DNA from: an uncultured Alphaproteobacteria bacterium
GTDB taxonomy: Bacteria; Pseudomonadota; Alphaproteobacteria; Rickettsiales; UBA998
Assembly (NCBI GenBank): GCA_963803575.1
Contig: CAWDMW010000002.1
Location: forward strand, 886,389 to 950,388
Direction: 5' to 3'
Length of the DNA stretch: 64,000 nucleotides
Shown here: positions 24,515-37,140 of the stretch, piece after piece
Layout: every line of letters starts with the position of its first letter
Numbering within the stretch: the stretch's first letter is position 1
Made by a program: the position numbers and the translations under genes
Notes under the pieces: generated by a model
Told to the model about the DNA's origin: nothing
Databases searched by the model: none
Seen by the model: the letters and a program-made list of their open reading frames with translations, nothing else

Positions 24515-25180
24515 TCAGCCAATACGAATAACCCGATCCATGCGGTTGGCCATCGCTTCATCATGCGTCACAATTAATGCGGCGGCGTGTCGCCGGCGCA
24601 ATGTGTCTTTCATCACTTCTTCCACGTGGCGGCTGGTGGTTGCATCCAGATTACCGGTGGGTTCATCTGCCAGCAACAGAGCGGGTGAATGAATCAGTGC
24701 GCGTGCAATCGCAATGCGTTGTTTTTCACCACCGGATAATTCAGAAGGCATATGCGTTGCGCGCTGAGTCATCTCTACATCTTCAAGCAACAGATCAATC
24801 GCTTCTTTTTGGTGTGCTTTACTGGTACCCGATAATATGAGTGGAACGGCAATATTTTCATAAGCGGTGAGTTCTGGCAGTAAATGATGGAACTGATACA
24901 CAAACCCAAGCTTTTCACGGCGTATTGTTGTGCGTGCCGTATCGTCCAGAGATAAACATGCTTCCTGAGCAATATGCACCGTGCCGCTACTGGGTTGTAA
25001 CAATAATCCAGCGATATGCATAAGCGTTGATTTTCCGGAACCACTGGCACCAACCAGTGCAACAATCTCGCCTGCATGGACTGTCAGGCTGAAGGGTGGC
25101 AGTGCGGTGGTCTGCTTATCACCATGCTGGTAATGCTTCTCCACCTCGTGCATTTCTAACATAGGACGTGCATTAAGCAT
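24515..25180 (-). CDS. lolD: lipoprotein-releasing system ATP-binding protein (221 aa)
   Basis: Walker A (GASGSGKSTL), signature (LSGGEKQRIAIARAL) and Walker B (LLLADEPTGNLD). ATG 25178-25180 overlaps the lolE stop (ATGCTTAA). Confidence 0.8.
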   Translation of the reverse strand: MLNARPMLEMHEVEKHYQHGDKQTTALPPFSLTVHAGEIVALVGASGSGKSTLMHIAGLLLQPSSGTVHIAQEACLSLDDTARTTIRREKLGFVYQFHHLLPELTAYENIAVPLILSGTSKAHQKEAIDLLLEDVEMTQRATHMPSELSGGEKQRIAIARALIHSPALLLADEPTGNLDATTSRHVEEVMKDTLRRRHAAALIVTHDEAMANRMDRVIRIG

Positions 25181-26438
25181 GGCGCAGCGCCTCTGCCGGA
25201 TCAAGTGAGGCCGCTCTGTAAGCTGGATAAAGCGTTGCCAGAAAAGATAGAGCCAGTGACAAAGCAACAATAATGCTGACTTCGACGATATCTGTACGGG
25301 TAGGGAGGGTTGAGAGGAAATAGACGTTTTTGACCAGTATTTCCTGTCCGCTTAGCGTTTCAATGAAGCGTTTGATCGTCTCTAAATATCTTGCACCAAC
25401 GATTCCAAGCAATGTACCAAGTATGGTGCCAATAACCCCGACACTCATACCTAGCATCGTAAATAAGCGAATAATATCGCGTTTTGGCATCCCGATAGTG
25501 CGTAATATGCCGATGTCACCGCGTTTATCTTTCACCATCATTACCAGTGAGGAAATAATATTAAACGCTGCTACTAATATGATAAGCGCCAAAATAATGA
25601 CCATAACATTGCGTTGAACTTCCAGTGCAGAAAACACCGATTGATGCACACGCTGCCACGGGTAGATATAGAAATGCTGCCCTAGTTCGGTCTGCAACAT
25701 CTGTGCTATTTGTTCAGCCTGCTCCATATCAGGAAGTGTGATCTCAATCACGCTTGCCGGATATTCACCCTGCTGTGTCATGGCAAAGTACGTGATAGCT
25801 TTGTCATACGGCATTAAAATGAGCGTATTATCTATGGTATGCATTCCCAACTCAAAGGTACCCGCTACCGGATAGGCTTTGACACGCGGCATCATTCCAA
25901 AAGCTGTGGCACGCCCTTGCGGTGAAATCAGCGTGAGACTATCATCTGTGGTGGTGCTGTTCAGTGCTTCAGCCAGACGTGCGCCTGTTACAATGCCTGT
26001 GCTTTGGGTAAGTGCTTTAAGAGCATTGGGAGCAAATGCCTGTATCATTCGATCTTTCCTTTGCATATCGTCTGGCCGAAACGCAATCACTTGCGCGCCC
26101 CGTGCAGCACCGTTCGTGCCACTCACCATGACTTGCCCTTCGATACGCGGAATAATAACCGCATCGTCACCTGTATATTTGCGGATAGTCGTGATAATAT
26201 CGTGGTAATCAGCAATGACGCTATTGCGTGGCAAAATGCGTATATGGCCATCAATACCGATGAAATTGGTCAGCATCTCCTGCCTCACGCCATTCATGAG
26301 TGAGGTGACAATAATAAGTGTCGCAACCCCCAACATAATTCCCATCATAGAAAACCACGCAATCAGTGAGACAAAGCCACTTTTGCGTCGTGATCCGAGG
26401 TAGCGCTGAACCAGCAATGAAGTCACGGATGTGGTCAT
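25173..26438 (-). CDS. lolE: lipoprotein-releasing system permease, LolC/E family (421 aa)
   Basis: FtsX-type architecture: an N-terminal TM, a large periplasmic domain and three C-terminal TMs (DKRGDIGILRTIGM...). Adjacent to lolD. Confidence 0.8.
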   Translation of the reverse strand: MTTSVTSLLVQRYLGSRRKSGFVSLIAWFSMMGIMLGVATLIIVTSLMNGVRQEMLTNFIGIDGHIRILPRNSVIADYHDIITTIRKYTGDDAVIIPRIEGQVMVSGTNGAARGAQVIAFRPDDMQRKDRMIQAFAPNALKALTQSTGIVTGARLAEALNSTTTDDSLTLISPQGRATAFGMMPRVKAYPVAGTFELGMHTIDNTLILMPYDKAITYFAMTQQGEYPASVIEITLPDMEQAEQIAQMLQTELGQHFYIYPWQRVHQSVFSALEVQRNVMVIILALIILVAAFNIISSLVMMVKDKRGDIGILRTIGMPKRDIIRLFTMLGMSVGVIGTILGTLLGIVGARYLETIKRFIETLSGQEILVKNVYFLSTLPTRTDIVEVSIIVALSLALSFLATLYPAYRAASLDPAEALRHA

Positions 26439-27472
26439 TAAAATCCGTAATGATGCAGCCAGTCTTTGCGGGAATCAAAGAAGGTGCGTAAGTCAGGAAT
26501 ATTATATTTCAGCATAGCCAATCTTTCTACGCCCATACCGAAGGCAAAGCCCTGATAGGTGGAAGTATCGACATTACAGGCTGTTAGCACATTGGGGTGT
26601 ACCATACCGCACCCCATCACCTCCAGCCAGTCATCTGTGCCGCCAACGGTGATAGATGCTTTTGAGCGCGTGCAGCCAATGTCAATTTCTGCTGATGGCT
26701 CGGTGAACGGAAAGAAGCTGGGGCGGAAACGCACTTCTAGCGCATCATTGTCAAAGAAGAGTTGTAGAAAGCGGGTAATGCAGCCTTTCAAATGTCCCAT
26801 ATGGACATCTTTATCAATGTATAATCCTTCCATTTGGTGAAACATCGGGGTGTGTGTCTGATCTGAATCACACCGAAAGGTCGCACCCGGTGCAATAATG
26901 CGTATGGGTGGCGTTTCATTTCGCATGGTACGGATTTGCACCGGCGACGTGTGAGTACGCAGTACGTGACGCACATCTCCAGTCGCGGCATCTTCGCCTT
27001 TTGCTAGATAAAATGTATCATGCATTTGACGCGCCGGATGATGTTCAGGAATATTTAATGCATCAAAATTATGTTCTTCATCTTCAATCAGGCTACCTGT
27101 GCGCACGGTAAAACCCATGGAAGCAAAAATATCTTCCATCTCCTGCATCACATGCGAGATAGGGTGTATTTTCCCTATGGTTTGCAAAGAAGGAGGCAGG
27201 GTGATATCCAGTGATTCCTGCGCCAGTTTTGCAGATTCTTCCTGCAACTGAAGCGTATCCTTGCGAGCCTCAATGTCTGTCGTAAAAGACTGCTTAAGTA
27301 CGTTGAGTTCTTTGCCTCGCGTTTTGCGCTCTTCCATAGGTAGGGAGGCAACATCTTTCAGCGCCTGAGTCAGCAACCCTTTCTTACCCAGCAGCGTAAC
27401 GCGTAATTCTTCCAGTTCTTTCAGGGAAGAAGCAGAAGCAACCACATCACGATGCTGAGTAAAATCGTGCAT
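26438..27472 (-). CDS. pheS: phenylalanyl-tRNA synthetase alpha subunit (344 aa)
   Basis: FRPSFFPFTEPSAEIDI (motif 2) and GFAFGMGVERLAMLKY (motif 3). Its stop overlaps the lolE ATG by 1 nt (TAATG). Confidence 0.9.
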   Translation of the reverse strand: MHDFTQHRDVVASASSLKELEELRVTLLGKKGLLTQALKDVASLPMEERKTRGKELNVLKQSFTTDIEARKDTLQLQEESAKLAQESLDITLPPSLQTIGKIHPISHVMQEMEDIFASMGFTVRTGSLIEDEEHNFDALNIPEHHPARQMHDTFYLAKGEDAATGDVRHVLRTHTSPVQIRTMRNETPPIRIIAPGATFRCDSDQTHTPMFHQMEGLYIDKDVHMGHLKGCITRFLQLFFDNDALEVRFRPSFFPFTEPSAEIDIGCTRSKASITVGGTDDWLEVMGCGMVHPNVLTACNVDTSTYQGFAFGMGVERLAMLKYNIPDLRTFFDSRKDWLHHYGF

Positions 27473-27477
27473 AGGTT

Positions 27478-27849
27478 TTATGCAGCCTGTTTGTTGTTCA
27501 GTGCATCCTGTACTTTTTCTGCGATGGCCGCAAAAGTCTCTGGCTCGTTGACAGCAATATCAGACAGTACTTTTCTGTCTAGATCAATGCCCGCCAATGA
27601 AAGGCCGTTCATAAACTGTGAGTAAATCATGCCATGCTGACGCGCAGCGGCGTTGATACGTTGAATCCAAAGGCTGCGGAATGTACGTTTCTTTGCTTTA
27701 CGGTCGCGGTAAGCATATTGTAAGCCTTTCTCCACACGGTTACGCGCCAAACGGTAACAGTTTTTAGAGCGGCCACGATAGCCCTTGGCCATATTAAGAA
27801 TTTTTTTGCGTCTTGCGCGGCTGGCAACACTATTAGTAGCTCTAGTCAT
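27478..27849 (-). CDS. rplT: 50S ribosomal protein L20
   Basis: [25 protein letters not shown]... Confidence 0.92.
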   Translation of the reverse strand: MTRATNSVASRARRKKILNMAKGYRGRSKNCYRLARNRVEKGLQYAYRDRKAKKRTFRSLWIQRINAAARQHGMIYSQFMNGLSLAGIDLDRKVLSDIAVNEPETFAAIAEKVQDALNNKQAA

Positions 27850-27862
27850 TGTCTATAATCTC

Positions 27863-28063
27863 CTATCGTCCGTATGGCATGAATTGTGAAACAATGCGTG
27901 CATCCGCATCGCTCATGATTTTTGTACCACGTTGTTTGCGGATGAACGATTTGGAGCGTTTTACCATTCCGTGACTCTTTCCTGCCACATTACGTTTGAT
28001 CTTTCCAGTGGCTGTTAGCTTAAAACGTCCTTTAACGCTGGACTTTGTTTTCATTTTCGGCAT
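27863..28063 (-). CDS. rpmI: 50S ribosomal protein L35
   Basis: [24 protein letters not shown]... Confidence 0.92.
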   Translation of the reverse strand: MPKMKTKSSVKGRFKLTATGKIKRNVAGKSHGMVKRSKSFIRKQRGTKIMSDADARIVSQFMPYGR

Positions 28064-28200
28064 TTTGTTCTCCTGATTCTACAAGTATTCTTCTACTATT
28101 GCCAAGGTATGCCAATTCAACCCGACAATATTCAACTGCACCGTGATATACGCCATTACGATGATTCTCGCAAGCATAATATCATGCAGCGAACAGGCTG

Positions 28201-29748
28201 ATGGCGTTCTATCGTTTTGCCTCCATACGGCAGAAACTCATGGTCATCATCATGAGTGTCGCTGTGGTAGCAGTCGGGCTTGCAACGCTTTCCATCTCGG
28301 TGATTGGAGTTTATAATCTTAAAGATACGATGATGCAGGAAATGGAGCTTGCTGCAGATATTGTTGGTACACGTAACAAGTTTTCGTTGCAATTTGGGCA
28401 TCAGGGGCAAGTCACAAAGAATCTGGAAGTGTTCAAGATACGCCCGTCTGTGCAACGTGCGTGTATTTATGATCGTAAGGGCAATATTTTTGCTTACTAT
28501 CCCATGCCGCAAGATCAGGCGGGAGGATTCTTAGAAACGCAATCTGGTTTCCATGCAGCGGCAAGATGCCCTCTGATTAATCAGGAGCTGACACGGTTCA
28601 TCGGAAATCGGTTGGAAACCTTCCGCTATATTCGTCTAAGTGGCGAGAAGGTGGGGAGTATTTATATTGACTCAGACTTACGTCAGGTAAATCATTATAT
28701 TAATAACCAGCTTATTACAGCCGGTGCCGTAACATTATTAGTGTTTTCTATCTCCTATTTTCTGGCGTTACGGTTGCAAAAAGAAATATCGCGCCCCATG
28801 CTGGAGTTGTCAGAAGGAGCGTCCCGTGTGGCGGCGTGTAATGATTACTCATATCGCGTATTCCCGGAAAAAACACAGGAGGAGATTGATCGTCATTATT
28901 CCTATGAAATTGCCGAATTAGTCAAAGCATTTAACAATATGCTACGCGATATTCAACAGCATGAAGCGGAATCTAAAAAGAGTTATGGTGAGCTGCAATA
29001 TGCGAAAGAGCAGGCAGAAACCGCCAATATGGCGAAGTCTCAGTTTTTAGCCAGCATTAGCCACGAATTGCGTACACCACTCAATGCGATTATCGGGTTT
29101 TCTACTATCCTCAATAGCCAGCTTTTTGGTGAGTTAAGTGAAAAATATCTGGAATATAGCCATGATATTTATGAGTCTGGCCGGCATTTGCTGGAAATTA
29201 TTAATGATATTCTTGATTTATCCAAAGCAGAGGCCGGAAAACTGGATTTACAATATGAGGCATTTGAGCTTGCTGAAGTCATTGACAGATGCGTGAAATT
29301 ACTAAGCCAGCGTGCTGTGCGAGGCAATGTGGTCATTGATAGTGAAGTGCTGGGAGATATGCCGCCAATGGTAGCGGATAAGGTACGGATTGTGCAGATT
29401 ATTCTGAATCTTTTATCAAACGCGATTAAATTTACGCAGGAGAAAGGCAGAGTCATGCTGCGCGTTTACAGCAAAAAAGATGAGCTTGGAAATGTAGGGT
29501 TTCACCTGCTGGTACGTGATACGGGGATTGGCATGACAAAAAGCGAAATTGAAACCGCTTTTCAAAGTTTTGGGCAGATTGATAGCGGGCTGGATCGTAA
29601 ATATGAAGGAACCGGACTTGGGCTTCCTCTAACGCAGAAACTTGTAGAATTACATAATGGCACTATCTATATTGAGAGTGAAGCGGGTAAGGGAACCAGC
29701 GTTTATGTGGTAATTCCATCAAAGATGAGAAATATTGGCGAAGACTAG
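28201..29748 (+). CDS. membrane sensor histidine kinase (515 aa)
   Basis: Two TMs flank a periplasmic domain, followed by a HAMP-like linker, an H-box ([15 protein letters not shown]), an N-box ([11 protein letters not shown]) and G-boxes ([14 protein letters not shown]). Confidence 0.8.
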   Translation: MAFYRFASIRQKLMVIIMSVAVVAVGLATLSISVIGVYNLKDTMMQEMELAADIVGTRNKFSLQFGHQGQVTKNLEVFKIRPSVQRACIYDRKGNIFAYYPMPQDQAGGFLETQSGFHAAARCPLINQELTRFIGNRLETFRYIRLSGEKVGSIYIDSDLRQVNHYINNQLITAGAVTLLVFSISYFLALRLQKEISRPMLELSEGASRVAACNDYSYRVFPEKTQEEIDRHYSYEIAELVKAFNNMLRDIQQHEAESKKSYGELQYAKEQAETANMAKSQFLASISHELRTPLNAIIGFSTILNSQLFGELSEKYLEYSHDIYESGRHLLEIINDILDLSKAEAGKLDLQYEAFELAEVIDRCVKLLSQRAVRGNVVIDSEVLGDMPPMVADKVRIVQIILNLLSNAIKFTQEKGRVMLRVYSKKDELGNVGFHLLVRDTGIGMTKSEIETAFQSFGQIDSGLDRKYEGTGLGLPLTQKLVELHNGTIYIESEAGKGTSVYVVIPSKMRNIGED

Positions 29749-29787
29749 CTGACTTTACGCTTATTTTACTGCTTTAGGCTATTAATA

Positions 29788-29797
29788 ATCTATAGAT
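29788..29797. promoter_or_regulatory. 10-bp perfect palindrome upstream of the MarR-like gene (candidate operator)
   Basis: atctatagat at 29788-29797; the half-site aatctat recurs at 29801-29807. It lies ~30 nt before the start codon. Confidence 0.25.
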
Positions 29798-29823
29798 CCC
29801 AATCTATTGCTATACATAACGAG

Positions 29824-30285
29824 GTGTACGTGAAACATATCTATCTTGACACTATCTTGTCCATTGAGCGCTTGCATCGCCGATTTCTGGACGTCATCAA
29901 AGGTGAGTTAGAACGACTACATATTGAAGATGTCAATAACGTACAAACATTGATTTTGTATAATATTGGTGACGAAGTGCTGACAGTGGGCGAGTTAACA
30001 AACCGCGGTTATTATCTTGGGTCAAATGTGTCGTATAATGTGAAAAAACTTGTGGAGAATGACTATCTTGAGCAAGAACGTGCGCCTCATGATAAGCGAT
30101 CTATCAAGATACGATTATCTGCTAAAGGCCTGAAGCTCTGTGAAGCCGTTGATGAGTTGTATCAGCGCCATGTTTCGGAGTTGGAAAAAGAAGGCGTTCA
30201 GGCAAAAGACATGGAGTTTTTGAAATCCCATTTACTGCAACTGGAACAGTTCTGGGCGCGTCATTTGCAGCAACCATTCAAATAA
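29824..30285 (+). CDS. MarR-family winged-helix regulator (about 151-153 aa)
   Basis: LTVGELTNRGYYLGSNVSYNVKKLVENDYLEQERAPHDKRSIKIRLSAKG has the MarR wHTH pattern. The start is GTG 29824 or GTG 29830; the latter has GAGG 5 nt upstream. Confidence 0.55.
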   Translation: MYVKHIYLDTILSIERLHRRFLDVIKGELERLHIEDVNNVQTLILYNIGDEVLTVGELTNRGYYLGSNVSYNVKKLVENDYLEQERAPHDKRSIKIRLSAKGLKLCEAVDELYQRHVSELEKEGVQAKDMEFLKSHLLQLEQFWARHLQQPFK

Positions 30286-30374
30286 TTGGCTGCTATTATT
30301 GCTGTAATTTCTTGTCAGTATGATTGGCATCTGTTACGCTTCGCTCCTACTTAATTTTCAGGGGAGCATACTAT

Positions 30375-31370
30375 ATGCATATTTTCGCTCGTATTAATTA
30401 TCTTGCTAAAACGATGATGGCAGTGTCATGCAGCATTGCCGTTATGGGTATGTCGGATGCACAGGCAGAACGTAAGTTTATGACGTTTGGAACTGCCGGA
30501 GTCACGGGTGTTTACTATCCGGTCGGTGGTACGATTTGCCGTTTAATCAACCGCAAAGCCAAAGAGCATGGCATACGTTGCACGGTAGAATCTACAGGCG
30601 GATCTATCTATAATCTAAACGCTGTCAGACAAGGCGAGCTGGACGTAGCATTTGCGCAATCTGACTGGCATTATAGCTCGTACCTTGGGGAAGGGGTGTT
30701 TGCCGATCAGGGTGGAGATAAAAACCTGCGTGCAGTGTTTTCATTACATAGTGAAGCATTGACCGTTGTTGCACGGGAAGATTCAGACATTAAGACGTTT
30801 GATGATCTTCAGGGGAAGCGTTTTAACATCGGTAATCCGGGGTCTGGCACACGCTCTACCGTGGAAGAACTCCTCAAAGCAGTTGGCTGGTCAAAGGATA
30901 GCTTCTCTTTAGCATCCGAGTTTAAAGCATCCGAGCAGGCACAAAAACTCTGTGATAACCAGATTGATGCATTCGCGTTTAACACAGGACATCCTAACGG
31001 TTCCATTCAGGAAGTGACATCCACCTGTGATACAAAAATCATTCCTGTAACTGGTGATGCGATTAACGGGTTAGTTAATAAATATTCTTATTATGCGCCA
31101 GCAACGATTCCCGGTGGCATGTACACAAACAATGCTGATGATATTCCGACATATGGTGTGAAAGCGACGATTGTAACGTCAGCTAATGTGGATGATGATG
31201 TTGTCTATGAAATGGTCAAAGCCGTGTTTGAGAATTTTGATAATTTCAAAACAACTCATCCTATCTTATCTACGCTTAACAAAGAAGATATGATTAATAA
31301 CGGTCTGACGGCTCCATTGCATGAAGGTGCTAAGCGTTATTACATTGAGGCAGGTTTGCTGAAAGAATAG
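30375..31370 (+). CDS. TRAP transporter solute receptor, TAXI family (331 aa)
   Basis: Signal peptide, then FGTAGVTGVYYPVGGTICRLIN and NIGNPGSGTRST, typical of TIGR02122. GGGGAG RBS before ATG 30375. Confidence 0.8.
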   Translation: MHIFARINYLAKTMMAVSCSIAVMGMSDAQAERKFMTFGTAGVTGVYYPVGGTICRLINRKAKEHGIRCTVESTGGSIYNLNAVRQGELDVAFAQSDWHYSSYLGEGVFADQGGDKNLRAVFSLHSEALTVVAREDSDIKTFDDLQGKRFNIGNPGSGTRSTVEELLKAVGWSKDSFSLASEFKASEQAQKLCDNQIDAFAFNTGHPNGSIQEVTSTCDTKIIPVTGDAINGLVNKYSYYAPATIPGGMYTNNADDIPTYGVKATIVTSANVDDDVVYEMVKAVFENFDNFKTTHPILSTLNKEDMINNGLTAPLHEGAKRYYIEAGLLKE

Positions 31371-31387
31371 CCTTAATCACCACCTTA

Positions 31388-31433
31388 AAAGCCGCTTTGA
31401 TGTTGCACTGCACCCATCAAAGCGGCTTTTTTT
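31388..31433 (+). terminator. rho-independent terminator after the TAXI receptor gene
   Basis: aaagccgctttgatg / catcaaagcggcttt stem followed by a T-run (31427-31433). Confidence 0.75.
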
Positions 31434-31549
31434 ATGGCGGATAGATGAATGCCTTTAAACCTGAAAGAAGTAGAAAACTGCTTTACGTTAGCCGGAAAAT
31501 CTCGTAAGCCTACAGCTTAAAATAGCAAAAAAAGGATGGGTGTTGCCAT

Positions 31550-34144
31550 ATGACAACGACTGAAACCGATGTGAACGATCTGATTATCGAACACGATACA
31601 GGTGCAAGAAGCCCTAGTGGTATAGCAGGTAAGATGCTAATTGCTGTTGCAATTATCTGGTCACTTTTCCAGCTATGGATTGCGTCCCCATTACCATTTG
31701 CGCTTAATATGTTTATCCTGAACGATACACAAAGCCGTTCCATTCATTTGGCATTTGCTTTGTTTTTAGCATTCACAGCTTACCCCATGACGCGATCATC
31801 GCCTCGCAGCTATATCCCTATATATGACTGGGTTATGGCGTTGGCGGGTGCATTTAGTGGCGGGTATCTGTATTTGTTTTATGAAGAATTGGCACTGCGT
31901 CCCGGTTTGCCAACAGAGCTAGACGTATGGACATCCTGCATCGGAATCATTTTATTGTTAGAGGCTGCACGACGCTCACTGGGTTTACCCCTCATGATTA
32001 TGGGAGCAGTGTTTTTAAGTTATACCTTTTTTGGTTCTGCTTCATGGATGCCGGATTTAATCGCACATAAAGGACAATCCCTCAACAAAGTAGCTAACCA
32101 CCAATGGCTGTCAACAGAAGGTGTGTTCGGTATTGCACTGGGTGTTTCATCTGGATTTGTCTTCTTGTTCGTATTGTTCGGTGCATTACTCGACAAAGCT
32201 GGCGCTGGAAATTACTTTATCAAAGTAGCGTTTTCCCTGCTGGGGCATTTGCGTGGAGGGCCTGCAAAAGCGGCAGTGCTGTCTTCAGGACTAACCGGCT
32301 TCATCTCTGGTTCATCTATTGCGAATGTCGTAACAACCGGTACGTTTACTATCCCCTTAATGCGTCGTGTTGGATTTACGGCTGAAAAGGCGGGTGCGGT
32401 TGAAGTAGCTGCTTCAGTGAATGGCCAGATTATGCCACCTGTTATGGGAGCTGCCGCGTTCATCATGGTGGAATATGTGGGATTATCGTATCAGGAAATT
32501 ATTAAACACGCGTTTTTGCCGGCGGTTATTTCTTACATTGCGCTACTCTATATGGTGCATCTGGAAGCATTGAAATATGACGTGAAAGCACTGGAGAAAC
32601 CAGTGAAGAAAACGATTCTGCAATCATTGCTGACGACAGGCATCACCTTAAGTAGTATTATCATTCTGGCTGGTATGGTGTATTACGGTGTTGGCTGGGT
32701 CAAGGGTGTTGCCGGAGATGCATCACCGTATGTGTTTGCGGTAAGCTTGCTGGTGATTTATGCGTTGCTGGTTCGGTATGCTTCAAAGCTGCCTGACTTG
32801 GAGCCGGATGACCCTGACTCACCCGTATATAATTTGCCTGAAACCGCGCCTACGGTGAAGACAGGACTACATTATATCTTACCTATTGTTGTGCTTATCT
32901 GGTCGCTGATGATTGAGCGTCTCTCTCCGGGGCTATCTGCTTTTTGGGCATGTGTTGTGATGATGGCTATATTAGTGACGCAACGTCCTTTGCTGGCTAT
33001 TTTTCGTAAACAGCAGGCAGTGCGAGCAGGTGCTGTTGCAGGATTGCGTGATTTGAAAGATGGACTGGTTGCCGGTGCGCGTAATATGATTGGTATTGGT
33101 GTTGCCACGGCTGCTGCTGGTATTATTGTGGGAACCGTTTCCCTTACAGGGGTAGGTAACGCCATGGTGGAAGTGGTGGAAACCCTTTCAGGTGGATCAC
33201 TGATTATGGTGCTGATCTTAACCGCTATCATTAGTTTGATACTGGGGATGGGGCTGCCAACTACCGCTAACTATATTGTGGTGTCGAGCATTATGGCTGG
33301 TGTTGTCATGGAGCTGGGTAAGCAGCATGGACTGATTGTTCCAGCCATTGCAGTACATATGTTTGTGTTTTATTTTGGTATCATGGCGGATGTCACGCCT
33401 CCTGTGGGTCTGGCTTCATTTGCGGCGGCAGCAGTCTCGAAGGGTGATCCTATACGCACGGGGTTTCAGGCATTCCTTTATAGTACCCGTACCGCTATCT
33501 TGCCGTTCTTCTTCATTTACAATACGGAGCTATTATTAATAGGGGTAGACTCTTTCATGCATGGTGTGTGGGTGTTTGTCACGGCTACCATCGCGTTGCT
33601 TGTGTTTTCTGCTGGAACGCAAGGTTTCTTTCTGGTGCGCAACCGCGTTTATGAAAGTGCTGTGATGATTCTGATTTCAGTCATGATTTTTATTCCGGGC
33701 GCCTTCTTAGAATATGTGTATCCTAAATATAACGTTGCGGCAGGCGATCAGTTAAGCACTATATTGGAAACAGCAACTACGGGTGAGCAACTCAAGTTAC
33801 GAGTCATGGGCGAGGATGCTCTTGGCGATCCTAAAGCCTATCAAATGTATCTGAATGTGCCAGAAGGTGACACCGCACAGGCACGATATGATGCATTGGG
33901 CCTTACGGTGATGGAAGAAGATGGCAACACCATTGTTGAAAATATTGCTTTTGGCAGTGTAATGGCTGAGAGCGATCTGGATTTCTATCACGAGATTGAA
34001 GAAGTCATGGTGCCAAACGAACAGCCTATAAAGTATATTGTTTATATTCCTGCGCTTGCATTACTGGGAATCATCGTTATGATGCAGCGTAGCAGACAAC
34101 GTAAAGCCCTGCGAAGCGGTGGCAGCAACATAAAGGTAGTGTGA
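31550..34144 (+). CDS. TRAP transporter fused permease (TAXI-associated, 864 aa)
   Basis: Many TM helices throughout, with a family-typical size and a soluble C-terminal extension. It lies directly downstream of the TAXI receptor. Confidence 0.8.
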   Translation: MTTTETDVNDLIIEHDTGARSPSGIAGKMLIAVAIIWSLFQLWIASPLPFALNMFILNDTQSRSIHLAFALFLAFTAYPMTRSSPRSYIPIYDWVMALAGAFSGGYLYLFYEELALRPGLPTELDVWTSCIGIILLLEAARRSLGLPLMIMGAVFLSYTFFGSASWMPDLIAHKGQSLNKVANHQWLSTEGVFGIALGVSSGFVFLFVLFGALLDKAGAGNYFIKVAFSLLGHLRGGPAKAAVLSSGLTGFISGSSIANVVTTGTFTIPLMRRVGFTAEKAGAVEVAASVNGQIMPPVMGAAAFIMVEYVGLSYQEIIKHAFLPAVISYIALLYMVHLEALKYDVKALEKPVKKTILQSLLTTGITLSSIIILAGMVYYGVGWVKGVAGDASPYVFAVSLLVIYALLVRYASKLPDLEPDDPDSPVYNLPETAPTVKTGLHYILPIVVLIWSLMIERLSPGLSAFWACVVMMAILVTQRPLLAIFRKQQAVRAGAVAGLRDLKDGLVAGARNMIGIGVATAAAGIIVGTVSLTGVGNAMVEVVETLSGGSLIMVLILTAIISLILGMGLPTTANYIVVSSIMAGVVMELGKQHGLIVPAIAVHMFVFYFGIMADVTPPVGLASFAAAAVSKGDPIRTGFQAFLYSTRTAILPFFFIYNTELLLIGVDSFMHGVWVFVTATIALLVFSAGTQGFFLVRNRVYESAVMILISVMIFIPGAFLEYVYPKYNVAAGDQLSTILETATTGEQLKLRVMGEDALGDPKAYQMYLNVPEGDTAQARYDALGLTVMEEDGNTIVENIAFGSVMAESDLDFYHEIEEVMVPNEQPIKYIVYIPALALLGIIVMMQRSRQRKALRSGGSNIKVV

Positions 34145-34578
34145 TGATGTATAAGAATATTCTTTTTCCAATTGACGTAACGGAGCCTTCTTCCTGGAAA
34201 ATTGCTTTGCCTGTAGTGTTGGAGCTGGTAGGAGCGTTTAAGTCTCAATTGCATATTATGACAGTGGTGCCGGAATATGGTATGAGTATTGTGTCTCAGT
34301 TCTTTCCGGATAAATCGGAAGATGCACTGATTAAAAGTGCGACTGATGCACTGCATAAATTTACGTCTGAACACATACCGCCCCATATTAATAAGCGTCA
34401 TGTCATTACTCAGGGAACGGTGTATGAGGCTATTATTGAAGCGGCGGATCATATTAATGCAGACTTGACCGTGATGGCAGCGCATCGTCCTGAATTGAAA
34501 GACTATTTGCTTGGTCCTAACGCTGCGCGTGTAGTGCGTCACTCGGGTCGTTCCGTGTTGGTTGTTCGGGATCAGTAA
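34141..34578 (+). CDS. universal stress protein family (145 aa)
   Basis: [10 protein letters not shown]...LHIMTVV...[37 protein letters not shown]. The start overlaps the permease stop (GTGATGATG). Confidence 0.7.
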   Translation: MMMYKNILFPIDVTEPSSWKIALPVVLELVGAFKSQLHIMTVVPEYGMSIVSQFFPDKSEDALIKSATDALHKFTSEHIPPHINKRHVITQGTVYEAIIEAADHINADLTVMAAHRPELKDYLLGPNAARVVRHSGRSVLVVRDQ

Positions 34579-34582
34579 CCTT

Positions 34583-36693
<2,111 letters not shown>

Positions 36694-36704
36694 TGGCATA
36701 GAGA

Positions 36705-37025
36705 TTGCATGTGATGCAAGAGATGTCCATCAACTATATAAGATTGTTTAAAACGTTTTTTCGCTCTTGCGGTATCGCTATTATGCTGGTGTATCTTGGG
36801 TTCCATCTTTTGCATGAAGATCAGGGGCTTGTTGGTAGAATTATACAAGACCATAAGCAACAACACCTGCAACAAGAACTGGAAGCCACGCATCGCCATC
36901 GCATGGAGCTGGAACGTAATGTAGCACTCATGAAGAGCGATACGATTGATCCTGATTTACTGGATGAATTGGCGCGTCGTCAGTTACCTGTGGTGGGGGA
37001 TCGCCAGATTATAATGCTAAAATAG
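36705..37025 (+). CDS. ftsB: cell division protein FtsB/DivIC-like (about 100 aa)
   Basis: A single TM followed by a coiled coil (LQQELEATHRHRMELERNVALMKSD), then DPDLLDELARRQL. It occupies the conserved position between eno and pdhA. Confidence 0.6.
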   Translation: MHVMQEMSINYIRLFKTFFRSCGIAIMLVYLGFHLLHEDQGLVGRIIQDHKQQHLQQELEATHRHRMELERNVALMKSDTIDPDLLDELARRQLPVVGDRQIIMLK

Positions 37026-37140
37026 GCGGGTGCAGCCCGTTTTTGCTGTTGCAAATTCAGGATTGCCTGCCATAATACACCCCAAATGATGCTGCAATAC
37101 TTGCATCATTGTTTGGAAATAAAGTAATGCAGGTTCAGAG

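Noticed and set aside
34042-34542. 166-aa minus-strand ORF antisense to the universal stress protein gene. Similar long antisense ORFs include 49025..49444, 51474..51893, 53508..53891, 32872..33231, 11525..11863, 9577..9798, 28156..28512, 43152..43496 and 44582..44959.
   Set aside because: All lie fully inside strongly supported genes on the opposite strand or in another frame. They have skewed, low-complexity composition (Arg/Ser/Cys/His-rich) and no recognisable motifs, as expected of shadow ORFs.
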